DNA of 64,000 nt from the NCBI GenBank assembly GCA_032718475.1, contig JAUCBJ010009114.1, forward strand, positions 1 through 64,000, given 5' to 3'. Shown here in pieces: positions 38,401-53,400 of the stretch. Numbering within the stretch: the first letter of the stretch is position 1; each line of letters begins with the position of its first letter. This stretch comes from Nemertoderma westbladi (Eukaryota; Animalia; Xenacoelomorpha). Below the pieces are notes generated by a model that searched no databases, was not told the origin of the DNA, and worked only from the letters and a program-made list of their open reading frames with translations. Made by a program: the position numbers and the translations under genes.

Positions 38401-41400
38401 AGAGGATACAATTCATACAAGAGAGGATACAATTCATACAAGAGTGGATACAACTGATACAAGAGAGGATACAATTCATACAAGAGAGGATACAATTCAT
38501 ACAAGAGGGGATACAATTCATACAAGAGAGGATACAATTCATACAAGATGGGATACAATTTATACAAGAGGGGATACAATTCATACAAGAGTGGATACAA
38601 TTCATACAAGAGGGGATACAATTCATACAAGAGTGGATACAATTCATACAAGAGGGGATACAACTGATACAAGAGAGGATACAATTCATACAAGATGGGA
38701 TACAATTCATACAAGAGGGGGTACAACTGATACAAGAGAGGATACAACTGATACAAGAGGGGATACAATTCATACAAGGGGGGATACAATTCATACAAAA
38801 GAGGATACAATTCATACAAGAGGGGATACAATTCATACAAGATGGGATACAATTCATACAAGAGGGGATACAATTCATACAAGAGGGGATACAACTGATA
38901 CAAGAGAGGATACAATTCATACAAGAGGGGATACAATTCATACAAGAGGGGATACAATTCATACAAGAGTGGATACAATTCATACAAGAGGGGATACAAC
39001 TGATACAAGAGAGGATACAATTCATACAAGAGGGGGTACAACTGATACAAGAGGGGATACAACTGATACAAGAGGGGATACAATTCATACAAGGGGGGAT
39101 ACAATTCATACAAAAGAGGATACAATTCATACAAGAGGGGATACAATTCATACAAGAGGGGATACAACTGATACAAGAGAGGATACAATTCATACAAGAG
39201 GGGATACAATTCATACAAGAGGGGATACAATTCATACAAGAGTGGATACAATTCATACAAGAGGGGATACAACTGATACAAGAGAGGATACAATTCATAC
39301 AAGAGGGGATACAATTCATACAAGAGTGGATACAATTCATACAAGAGGGGATACAACTGATACAAGAGAGGATACAATTCATACAAGAGGGGATACAATT
39401 CATACAAGAGTGGATACAATTCATACAAGAGGGGATACAACTGATACAAGAGAGGATACAATTCATACAAGAGGGGATACAATTCATACAAGAGGGGATA
39501 CAATTCATACAAGAGGGGATACAATTCATACAAGAGGGGATACAATTCATACAAGAGAGGATACAATTCATACAAGAGGGGATACAATTCATACAAGAGT
39601 GGATACAATTCATACAAGAGGGGATACAACTGATACAAGAGAGGATACAATTCATACAAGAGAGGATACAATTCCTACAAGAAGGGATACAATTCATACA
39701 AGAGAGGATACAATTCATACAAGAGGGGATACAATTCATACAAGAGTGGATACAACTGATACAAGAGAGGATACAATTCATACAAGAGGGGATACAACTG
39801 ATACAAGAGAGGATACAATTCATACAAGAGGGGATACAACTGATACAAGAGAGGATACAATTCATACAAGAGAGGATACAATTCATACAAGAGAGGATAC
39901 AATTCATACAAGAGGGGATACAACTGATACAAGAGAGGATACAATTCATACAAGAGAGGATACAATTCATACAAGAGGGGATACAATTCATACAAGAGGG
40001 GATACAATTCATACAAGAGAGGATACAATTCATACAAGAGTGGATACAACTGATACAAGAGAGGATACAATTCATACAAGAGGGGATACAACTGATACAA
40101 GAGGGGATACAATTCATACAAGAGGGGTTACAATTCATACAAGAGGGGATACAATTCATACAAGAGTGGATACAATTCATACAAGAGGGGATACAACTGA
40201 TACAAGAGAGGATACAATTCATACAAGAGGGGATACAATTCATACAAGAGTGGATACAATTCATACAAGAGGGGATACAATTCATACAAGAGGGGATACA
40301 ATTCATACAAGAGGGGATACAATTCATACAAGAGTGGATACAATTCATACAAGAGGGGATACAACTGATACAAGAGAGGATACAATTCATACAAGAGGGG
40401 ATACAATTCATACAAGAGTGGATACAATTCATACAAGAGGGGATACAACTGATACAAGAGAGGATACAATTCATACAAGAGGGGATACAATTCATACAAG
40501 AGGGGATACAATTCATACAAGAGTGGATACAATTCATACAAGAGGGGATACAACTGATACAAGAGAGGATACAATTCATACAAGAGGGGATACAATTCAT
40601 ACAAGAGTGGATACAATTCATACAAGAGGGGATACAACTGATACAAGAGAGGATACAATTCATACAAGAGGGGATACAATTCATACAAGAGTGGATACAA
40701 TTCATACAAGAGGGGATACAACTGATACAAGAGAGGATACAATTCATACAAGAGGGGATACAATTCATACAAGAGGGGATACAATTCATACAAGAGGGGA
40801 TACAATTCATACAAGAGGGGATACAATTCATACAAGAGAGGATACAATTCATACAAGAGGGGATACAATTCATACAAGAGTGGATACAATTCATACAAGA
40901 GGGGATACAACTGATACAAGAGAGGATACAATTCATACAAGAGAGGATACAATTCCTACAAGAAGGGATACAATTCATACAAGAGAGGATACAATTCATA
41001 CAAGAGGGGATACAATTCATACAAGAGTGGATACAACTGATACAAGAGAGGATACAATTCATACAAGAGGGGATACAACTGATACAAGAGAGGATACAAT
41101 TCATACAAGAGGGGATACAACTGATACAAGAGAGGATACAATTCATACAAGAGAGGATACAATTCATACAAGAGAGGATACAATTCATACAAGAGGGGAT
41201 ACAACTGATACAAGAGAGGATACAATTCATACAAGAGAGGATACAATTCATACAAGAGGGGATACAATTCATACAAGAGGGGATACAATTCATACAAGAG
41301 AGGATACAATTCATACAAGAGTGGATACAACTGATACAAGAGAGGATACAATTCATACAAGAGGGGATACAACTGATACAAGAGGGGATACAATTCATAC

Positions 41401-44400
41401 AAGAGGGGTTACAATTCATACAAGAGGGGATACAATTCATACAAGAGGGGATACAATTCATACAAGAGAGGATACAATTCATACAAGAGTGGATACAACT
41501 GATACAAGAGAGGATACAATTCATACAAGAGGGGATACAACTGATACAAGAGGGGATACAATTCATACAAGAGTGGATACAATTCATACAAGAGGGGATA
41601 CAACTCATACAAGAGAGGATACAATTCATACAAGAGTGGATACAACTGATACAAGAGAGGATACAATTCATACAAGAGGGGATACAACTGATACAAGAGG
41701 GGATACAACTGATACAAGAGGGGATACAATTCATACAAGAGAGGTTACAATTCATACAAGAGGGGATACAATTCATACAAGAGAGGATACAATTCATACA
41801 AGAGTGGATACAACTGATACAAGAGAGGATACAATTCATACAAGAGGGGATACAACTGATACAAGAGGGGATACAACTGATACAAGAGGGGATACAATTC
41901 ATACAAGAGAGGTTACAATTCATACAAGAGGGGATACAATTCATACAAGAGAGGATACAATTCATACAAGAGTGGATACAACTGATACAAGAGAGGATAC
42001 AATTCATACAAGAGGGGATACAACTGATACAAGAGGGGATACAACTGATACAAGAGGGGATACAATTCATACAAGAGGGGTTACAATTCATACAAGAGGG
42101 GTTACAATTCATACAAGAGGGGATACAACTGATACAAGAGAGGATACAATTCATACAAGAGAGGATACAATTCATACAAGAGGGGATACAATTCATACAA
42201 GAGGGGATACAATTCATACAAGAGAGGATACAATTCATACAAGAGTGGATACAACTGATACAAGAGAGGATACAATTCATACAAGAGGGGATACAACTGA
42301 TACAAGAGAGGATACAATTCATACAAGAGGGGATACAACTGATACAAGAGAGGATACAATTCATACAAGAGGGGATACAACTGATACAAGAGGGGATACA
42401 ATTCATACAAGAGGGGTTACAACTGATACAAGAGAGGATACAATTCATACAAGAGGGGATACAACTGATACAAGAGAGGATACAATTCATACAGGAGTGG
42501 ATACAATTCATACACGAGAGGATACAATTCATACAAGAGGGGATACAATTCATACAAGAGTGGATACAATTCATACAAGAGTGGATACAATTCATACAAG
42601 AGGGGATACAATTCATACAAGAGGGGATACAATTCATACAAGAGGGGATACAATTCATACAAGAGAGGATACAATTCATACAAGAGTGGATACAACTGAT
42701 ACAAGAGAGGATACAATTCATACAAGAGGGGATACAACTGATACAAGAGAGGATACAATTCATACAAGAGGGGATACAACTGATACAAGAGAGGATACAA
42801 TTCATACAAGAGGGGTTACAACTGATACAAGAGGGGATACAATTCATACAAGAGAGGATGCAATTCATACAAGAGGGGATACAATTCATACAAGAGAGGA
42901 TACAATTCATACAAGAGGGGATACAACTGATACAAGAGGGGATACAATTCATACAAGAGGGGTTACAACTGATACAAGAGAGGATACAATTCATACAAGA
43001 GGGGATACAATTCATACAAGAGGGGATACAATACATACAAGAGGGGATACAATTCATACAAGAGGGGATACAACTGATACAAGAGAGGATACAATTCATA
43101 CAAGAGAGGATACAATTCATACAAGAGGGGATACAATTCATACAAGAGGGGATACAATTCATACAAGAGAGGATACAATTCATACAAGAGTGGATACAAC
43201 TGATACAAGAGAGGATACAATTCATACAAGAGGGGATACAACTGATACAAGAGAGGATACAATTCATACAAGAGGGGATACAACTGATACAAGAGAGGAT
43301 ACAATTCATACAAGAGAGGATACAATTCATACAGGAGAGGATACAATTCATACAAGAGAGGATACAATTCATACAAGATGGGATACAATTCATACAAGAG
43401 GGGATACAATTCATATAAGAGGGGATACAACTGATACAAGAGGGGATACAATTCATACAAGAGAGGATACAATTCATACAAGAGGGGATACAACTGATAC
43501 AAGAGAGGATACAATTCATACAAGAGGGGATACAATTCATACAAGAGGGGATACAATTCATACAAGAGGGGTTACAACTGATACAAGAGAGGATACAATT
43601 CATACAAGAGGGGTTACAACTGATACAAGAGAGGATACAATTCATACAAGAGGGGTTACAACTGATACAAGAGAGGATACAATTCATACAAGAGGGGATA
43701 CAACTGATACAAGAGAGGATACAATTCATACAAGAGGGGATACAATTCATACAAGAGGGGATACAATTCATACAAGAGGGGTTACAACTGATACAAGAGA
43801 GGATACAATTCATACAAGAGGGGTTACAATTCATACAAGAGGGGATACAATTCATACAAGAGGGGTTACAACTGATACAAGAGAGGATACAATTCATACA
43901 AGAGGGGTTACAACTGATACAAGAGGGGTTACAACTGATACAAGAGAGGATACAATTCATACAAGAGGGGTTACAACTGATACAAGAGAGGATACAATTC
44001 ATACAAGAGGGGTTACAATTCATACAAGAGGGGATACAATTCATACAAGAGGGGTTACAACTGATACAAGAGAGGATACAATTCATACAAGAGGGGTTAC
44101 AATTCATACAAGAGGGGATACAATTCATACAAGAGGGGATACAATTCATACAAGAGGGGTTACAACTGATACAAGAGAGGATACAATTCATACAAGAGGG
44201 GTTACAACTGATACAAGAGAGGATACAATTCATACAAGAGGGGTTACAATTCATACAAGAGAGGATACAATTCATACAGGAGAGGATACAATTCATACAA
44301 GAGGGGATACAATTCATACAAGAGGGGTTACAACTGATACAAGAGAGGATACAATTCATACAAGAGGGGTTACAACTGATACAAGAGAGGATACAATTCA

Positions 44401-47400
44401 TACAAGAGGGGTTACAACTGATACAAGAGAGGATACAATTCATACAAGAGGGGATACAATTCATACAAGAGGGGATACAATTCATACAAGAGGGGATACA
44501 ATTCATACAAGAGAGGATACAATTCATACAAGAGTGGATACAACTGATACAAGAGAGGATACAATTCATACAAGAGGGGATACAATTCATACAAGAGGGG
44601 ATACAATTCATACAAGAGGGGATACAATTCATACAAGAGGGGATACAATTCATACAAGAGGGGATACAATTCATACAAGAGGGGATACAATTCATACAAG
44701 AGTGGATACAACTGATACAAGAGAGGATACAATTCATACAAGATGGGATACAATTCATACAGGAGAGGATACAATTCATACAAGAGTGGATACAACTGAT
44801 ACAAGAGAGGATACAATTCATACAAGAGGGGTTACAATTCATACAAGAGGGGATACAATTCATACAAGAGTGGATACAACTGATACAAGAGAGGATACAA
44901 TTCATACAAGATGGGATACAATTCATACAGGAGAGGATACAATTCATACAAGAGTGGATACAACTGATACAAGAGAGGATACAATTCATACAAGAGGGGT
45001 TACAATTCATACAAGAGGGGATACAATTCATACAAGAGAGGATACAATTCATACAAGAGTGGATACAACTGATACAAGAGAGGATACAATTCATACAAGA
45101 GGGGTTACAATTCATACAAGAGGGGATACAATTCATACAAGAGTGGATACAACTGATACAAGAGAGGATACAATTCATACAAGAGGGGATACAATTCATA
45201 CAAGAGTGGATACAATTCATACAAGAGGGGATACAACTGATACAAGAGGGGATACAATTCATACAAGAGGGGTTACAACTGATACAAGAGGGGATACAAT
45301 TCATACAGGAGTGGATACAATTCATACAAGATGGGATACAATTCATACAAGAGAGGATACAATTCATACAAGAGGGGTTACAACTGATACAAGAGAGGAT
45401 ACAATTCATACAAGAGGGGTTACAACTGATACAAGAGAGGATACAATTCATACAAGAGGGGTTACAACTGATACAAGAGAGGATACAATTCATACAGGAG
45501 TGGATACAATTCATACAAGAGAGGATACAATTCATACAAGAGAGGATACAATTCATACAAGAGGGGATACAATTCATACAAGAGAGGATACAATTCATAC
45601 AAGAGAGGATACAATTCATACAAGAGGGGATACAATTCATACAAGAGGGGTTACAACTGATACAAGAGAGGATACAATTCATACAAGATGGGATACAACT
45701 GATACAAGAGAGGATACAATTCATACAAGAGGGGTTACAACTGATACAAGAGAGGATACAATTCATACAGGAGTGGATACAATTCATACAAGAGGGGATA
45801 CAATTCATACAAGAGGGGTTACAACTGATACAAGAGAGGATACAATTCATACAAGAGGGGATACAATTCATACAAGATGGGATACAATTCATACAAGAGA
45901 GGATACAATTCATACAAGAGAGGATACAATTCATACAAGAGAGGATACAATTCATACAAGAGGGGATACAATTCATACAAGATGGGATACAATTCATACA
46001 AGAGAGGATACAATTCATACAAGAGAGGATACAATTCATACAAGAGGGGTTACAACTGATACAAGAGAGGATACAATTCATACAAGAGGGGATACAATTC
46101 ATACAAGAGGGGTTACAACTGATACAAGAGAGGATACAATTCATACAAGAGGGGTTACAACTGATACAAGAGAGGATACAATTCATACAGGAGTGGATAC
46201 AATTCATACAGGAGTGGATACAATTCATACAAGAGAGGATACAATTCATACAAGAGGGGATACAATTCATACAAGATGGGATACAATTCATACAAGAGAG
46301 GATACAATTCATACAAGAGAGGATACAATTCATACAAGAGGGGTTACAACTGATACAAGAGAGGATACAATTCATACAAGAGGGGATACAATTCATACAG
46401 GAGAGGATACAATTCATACAAGAGGGGATACAATTCATACAAGAGAGGATACAATTCATACAAGAGGGGTTACAATTCATACAAGAGGGGATACAATTCA
46501 TACAAGAGGGGATACAATTCATACAGGAGTGGATACAATTCATACAAGAGAGGATACAATTCATACAAGAGGGGATACAATTCATACAAGAGAGGATACA
46601 ATTCATACAAGAGAGGATACAATTCATACAAGAGGGGTTACAACTGATACAAGAGGGGATACAATTCATACAAGAGGGGATACAATTCATACAAGAGAGG
46701 ATACAATTCATACAGGAGTGGATACAATTCATACAAGAGAGGATACAATTCATACAAGAGGGGATACAATTCATACAAGATGGGATACAATTCATACAAG
46801 AGAGGATACAATTCATACAAGAGAGGATACAATTCATACAAGAGGGGTTACAACTGATACAAGAGAGGATACAATTCATACAAGAGGGGATACAATTCAT
46901 ACAAGAGGGGTTACAACTGATACAAGAGAGGATACAATTCATACAAGAGGGGTTACAACTGATACAAGAGAGGATACAATTCATACAGGAGTGGATACAA
47001 TTCATACAAGAGAGGATACAATTCATACAAGATGGGATACAACTGATACAAGAGAGGATACAATTCATACAAGAGGGGTTACAACTGATACAAGAGAGGA
47101 TACAATTCATACAGGAGTGGATACAATTCATACAAGAGAGGATACAATTCATACAAGATGGGATACAACTGATACAAGAGGGGATACAATTCATACAAGA
47201 GGGGTTACAACTGATACAAGAGAGGATACAATTCATACAAGAGGGGATACAATTCATACAAGAGGGGTTACAACTGATACAAGAGAGGATACAATTCATA
47301 CAAGAGGGGTTACAACTGATACAAGAGAGGATACAATTCATACAGGAGTGGATACAATTCATACAAGAGGGGATACAATTCATACAAGAGAGGATACAAT

Positions 47401-50400
47401 TCATACAAGAGGGGATACAATTCATACAAGATGGGATACAACTGATACAAGAGTGGATACAATTCATACAAGATGGGATACAACTGATACAAGAGTGGAT
47501 ACAATTCATACAAGAGAGGATACAATTCATACAAGAGGGGTTACAATTCATACAGGAGAGGATACAATTCATACAAGATGGGATACAACTGATACAAGAG
47601 TGGATACAATTCATACAAGAGAGGATACAATTCATACAAGAGGGGTTACAATTCATACAGGAGAGGATACAATTCATACAAGAGTGGATACAATTCATAC
47701 AAGAGGGGTTACAACTGATACAAGAGAGGATACAATTCATACAAGAGGGGTTACAATTCATACAGGAGAGGATACAATTCATACAAGAGGGGATACAATT
47801 CATACAAGAGGGGTTACAACTGATACAAGAGAGGATACAATTCATACAAGAGGGGTTACAATTCATACAGGAGAGGATACAATTCATACAAGAGAGGATA
47901 CAATTCATACAAGAGGGGATACAATTCATACAAGAGGGGATACAATTCATACAAGAGGGGATACAATTCATACAAGAGAGGATACAATTCATACAAGAGA
48001 GGATACAATTCATACAAGAGGGGATACAATTCATACAAGAGGGGATACAATTCATACAAGAGGGGATACAATTCATACAAGAGGGGATACAATTCATACA
48101 AGAGAGGATACAATTCATACAAGAGAGGATACAATTCATACAAGAGGGGATACAATTCATACAAGAGGGGATACAATTCATACAAGAGAGGATACAATTC
48201 ATACAAGAGAGGATACAATTCATACAAGAGGGGTTACAACTGATACAAGAGAGGATACAATTCATACAAGAGGGGATACAATTCATACAAGAGGGGATAC
48301 AATTCATACAAGAGGGGATACAATTCATACAAGAGGGGATACAATTCATACAAGAGGGGATACAATTCATACAAGAGAGGATACAATTCATACAAGAGAG
48401 GATACAATTCATACAAGAGGGGATACAATTCATACAAGAGGGGATACAATTCATACAAGAGAGGATACAATTCATACAAGAGAGGATACAATTCATACAA
48501 GAGGGGTTACAACTGATACAAGAGAGGATACAATTCATACAAGAGGGGATACAATTCATACAAGAGGGGATACAATTCATACAAGAGTGGATACAATTCA
48601 TACAAGAGAGGATACAATTCATACAAGAGGGGATACAATTCATACAAGAGGGGATACAATTCATACAAGAGGGGTTACAACTGATACAAGAGAGGATACA
48701 ATTCATACAAGAGGGGATACAATTCATACAAGAGGGGATACAATTCATACAAGATGGGATACAATTCATACAAGAGGGGATACAATTCATACAAGAGGGG
48801 TTACAACTGATACAAGAGAGGATACAATTCATACAAGAGAGGATACAATTCATACAAGAGGGGATACAATTCATACAAGAGGGGATACAATTCATACAAG
48901 AGGGGTTACAACTGATACAAGAGAGGATACAATTCATACAAGAGGGGATACAATTCATACAAGAGGGGATACAATTCATACAAGAGGGGTTACAACTGAT
49001 ACAAGAGTGGATACAATTCATACAAGAGAGGATACAATTCATACAAGAGGGGATACAATTCATACAAGAGGGGATACAATTCATACAAGAGGGGTTACAA
49101 CTGATACAAGAGAGGATACAATTCATACAAGAGGGGTTACAACTGATACAAGAGTGGATACAATTCATACAAGAGAGGATACAATTCATACAAGAGGGGA
49201 TACAATTCATACAAGAGGGGATACAATTCATACAAGAGGGGTTACAACTGATACAAGAGAGGATACAATTCATACAAGAGGGGATACAATTCATACAAGA
49301 GGGGATACAATTCATACAAGAGGGGTTACAACTGATACAAGAGGGGATACAATTCATACAAGAGGGGTTACAACTGATACAAGAGTGGATACAATTCATA
49401 CAAGAGAGGATACAATTCATACAAGAGGGGATACAATTCATACAAGAGGGGATACAATTCATACAAGAGGGGTTACAACTGATACAAGAGTGGATACAAT
49501 TCATACAAGAGAGGATACAATTCATACAAGAGGGGATACAATTCATACAAGAGGGGATACAATTCATACAAGAGGGGTTACAACTGATACAAGAGAGGAT
49601 ACAATTCATACAAGAGGGGATACAATTCATACAAGAGGGGATACAATTCATACAAGAGGGGATACAATTCATACAAGAGGGGATACAATTCATACAAGAG
49701 GGGTTACAACTGATACAAGAGAGGATACAATTCATACAAGAGGGGATACAATTCATACAAGAGGGGATACAATTCATACAAGAGGGGTTACAACTGATAC
49801 AAGAGAGGATACAATTCATACAAGAGGGGATACAATTCATACAAGAGGGGATACAATTCATACAAGAGGGGATACAATTCATACAAGAGAGGATACAATT
49901 CATACAAGAGAGGATACAATTCATACAAGAGGGGATACAATTCATACAAGAGGGGTTACAACTGATACAAGAGAGGATACAATTCATACAAGAGGGGATA
50001 CAATTCATACAAGAGAGGATACAATTCATACAAGAGGGGTTACAACTGATACAAGAGAGGATACAATTCATACAAGAGGGGTTACAACTGATACAAGAGA
50101 GGATACAATTCATACAAGAGGGGTTACAACTGATACAAGAGAGGATACAATTCATACAAGAGGGGATACAATTCATACAAGAGAGGATACAATTCATACA
50201 AGAGGGGTTACAACTGATACAAGAGAGGATACAATTCATACAAGAGGGGATACAATTCATACAAGAGAGGATACAATTCATACAAGAGTGGATACAATTC
50301 ATACAAGAGGGGATACAATTCATACAAGAGAGGATACAATTCATACAAGAGGGGTCACAACTGATACAAGAGAGGATACAATTCATACAAGAGGGGTTAC

Positions 50401-53400
50401 AACTGATACAAGAGTGGATACAATTCATACAAGAGAGGATACAATTCATACAAGAGGGGTTACAACTGATACAAGAGAGGATACAATTCATACAAGAGGG
50501 GTTACAACTGATACAAGAGAGGATACAATTCATACAAGAGGGGATACAATTCATACAAGAGGGGTTACAACTGATACAAGAGTGGATACAATTCATACAA
50601 GAGGGGTTACAACTGATACAAGAGAGGATACAATTCATACAAGAGGGGATACAACTGATACAAGAGGGGATACAATTCATACAAGAGGGGTTACAACTGA
50701 TACAAGAGTGGATACAATTCATACAAGAGAGGATACAATTCATACAAGAGGGGTTACAACTGATACAAGAGAGGATACAATTCATACAAGAGGGGTTACA
50801 ACTGATACAAGAGAGGATACAATTCATACAAGAGGGGTTACAACTGATACAAGAGTGGATACAATTCATACAAGAGAGGATACAATTCATACAAGAGGGG
50901 TTACAACTGATACAAGAGAGGATACAATTCATACAAGAGGGGTTACAACTGATACAAGAGAGGATACAATTCATACAAGAGGGGTTACAACTGATACAAG
51001 AGTGGATACAATTCATACAAGAGAGGATACAATTCATACAAGAGGGGTTACAACTGATACAAGAGAGGATACAATTCATACAAGAGGGGTTACAACTGAT
51101 ACAAGAGTGGATACAATTCATACAAGAGAGGATACAATTCATACAAGAGGGGTTACAACTGATACAAGAGAGGATACAATTCATACAAGAGGGGTTACAA
51201 CTGATACAAGAGAGGATACAATTCATACAAGAGGGGTTACAACTGATACAAGAGTGGATACAATTCATACAAGAGGGGTTACAACTGATACAAGAGTGGA
51301 TACAATTCATACAAGAGAGGATACAATTCATACAAGAGGGGTTACAACTGATACAAGAGAGGATACAATTCATACAAGAGGGGTTACAACTGATACAAGA
51401 GAGGATACAATTCATACAAGAGGGGTTACAACTGATACAAGAGTGGATACAATTCATACAAGAGAGGATACAATTCATACAAGAGGGGTTACAACTGATA
51501 CAAGAGAGGATACAATTCATACAAGAGGGGTTACAACTGATACAAGAGAGGATACAATTCATACAAGAGGGGTTACAACTGATACAAGAGTGGATACAAT
51601 TCATACAAGAGAGGATACAATTCATACAAGAGGGGTTACAACTGATACAAGAGAGGATACAATTCATACAAGAGGGGTTACAACTGATACAAGAGTGGAT
51701 ACAATTCATACAAGAGAGGATACAATTCATACAAGAGGGGTTACAACTGATACAAGAGAGGATACAATTCATACAAGAGGGGTTACAACTGATACAAGAG
51801 AGGATACAATTCATACAAGAGGGGATACAATTCATACAAGAGGGGATACAACTGATACAAGAGAGGATACAATTCATACAAGAGGGGATACAATTCATAC
51901 AAGAGGGGATACAATTCATACAAGAGAGGATACAATTCATACAAGAGGGGTTACAACTGATACAAGAGTGGATACAATTCATACAAGAGAGGATACAATT
52001 CATACAAGAGGGGTTACAACTGATACAAGAGTGGATACAATTCATACAAGAGAGGATACAATTCATACAAGAGGGGTTACAACTGATACAAGAGAGGATA
52101 CAATTCATACAAGAGGGGTTACAACTGATACAAGAGAGGATACAATTCATACAAGAGGGGATACAATTCATACAAGAGGGGTTACAACTGATACAAGAGT
52201 GGATACAATTCATACAAGAGAGGATACAATTCATACAAGAGGGGTTACAACTGATACAAGAGTGGATACAATTCATACAAGAGGGGATACAATTCATACA
52301 AGAGGGGATACAACTGATACAAGAGAGGATACAATTCATACAAGAGGGGATACAATTCATACAAGAGGGGATACAACTGATACAAGAGAGGATACAATTC
52401 ATACAAGAGGGGATACAATTCATACAAGAGGGGATACAATTCATACAAGAGAGGATACAATTCATACAAGAGGGGTTACAACTGATACAAGAGTGGATAC
52501 AATTCATACAAGAGAGGATACAACTGATACAAGAGAGGATACAATTCATACAAGAGGGGTTACAACTGATACAAGAGAGGATACAATTCATACAAGAGAG
52601 GATACAATTCATACAAGAGAGGATACAATTCATACAAGAGGGGATACAATTCATACAAGAGGGGATACAACTGATACAAGAGAGGATACAATTCATACAA
52701 GAGGGGATACAATTCATACAAGAGGGGATACAATTCATACAAGAGAGGATACAATTCATACAAGAGGGGTTACAACTGATACAAGAGTGGATACAATTCA
52801 TACAAGAGGGGATACAATTCATACAAGAGGGGATACAATTCATACAAGAGGGGATACAACTGATACAAGAGAGGATACAATTCATACAAGAGGGGATACA
52901 ATTCATACAAGAGGGGATACAACTGATACAAGAGAGGATACAATTCATACAAGAGGGGATACAATTCATACAAGAGGGGATACAATTCATACAAGAGGGG
53001 ATACAACTGATACAAGAGAGGATACAATTCATACAAGAGGGGATACAATTCATACAAGAGGGGATACAACTGATACAAGAGAGGATACAATTCATACAAG
53101 AGGGGATACAATTCATACAAGAGGGGATACAATTCATACAAGAGAGGATACAATTCATACAAGAGGGGTTACAACTGATACAAGAGTGGATACAATTCAT
53201 ACAAGAGAGGATACAATTCATACAAGAGGGGTTACAACTGATACAAGAGTGGATACAATTCATACAAGAGAGGATACAATTCATACAAGAGGGGTTACAA
53301 CTGATACAAGAGAGGATACAATTCATACAAGAGGGGTTACAACTGATACAAGAGAGGATACAATTCATACAAGAGGGGATACAATTCATACAAGAGGGGT

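Noticed and set aside
17487-43418. Plus-strand (IQFIQEG)n heptad ORFs resembling a coiled coil
   Set aside because: Non-ATG starts, recurrent CAA>TAA stops (19362, ~21945, ~23394, ~23604, ~24213, 43416) and frequent radical G/R/W changes.
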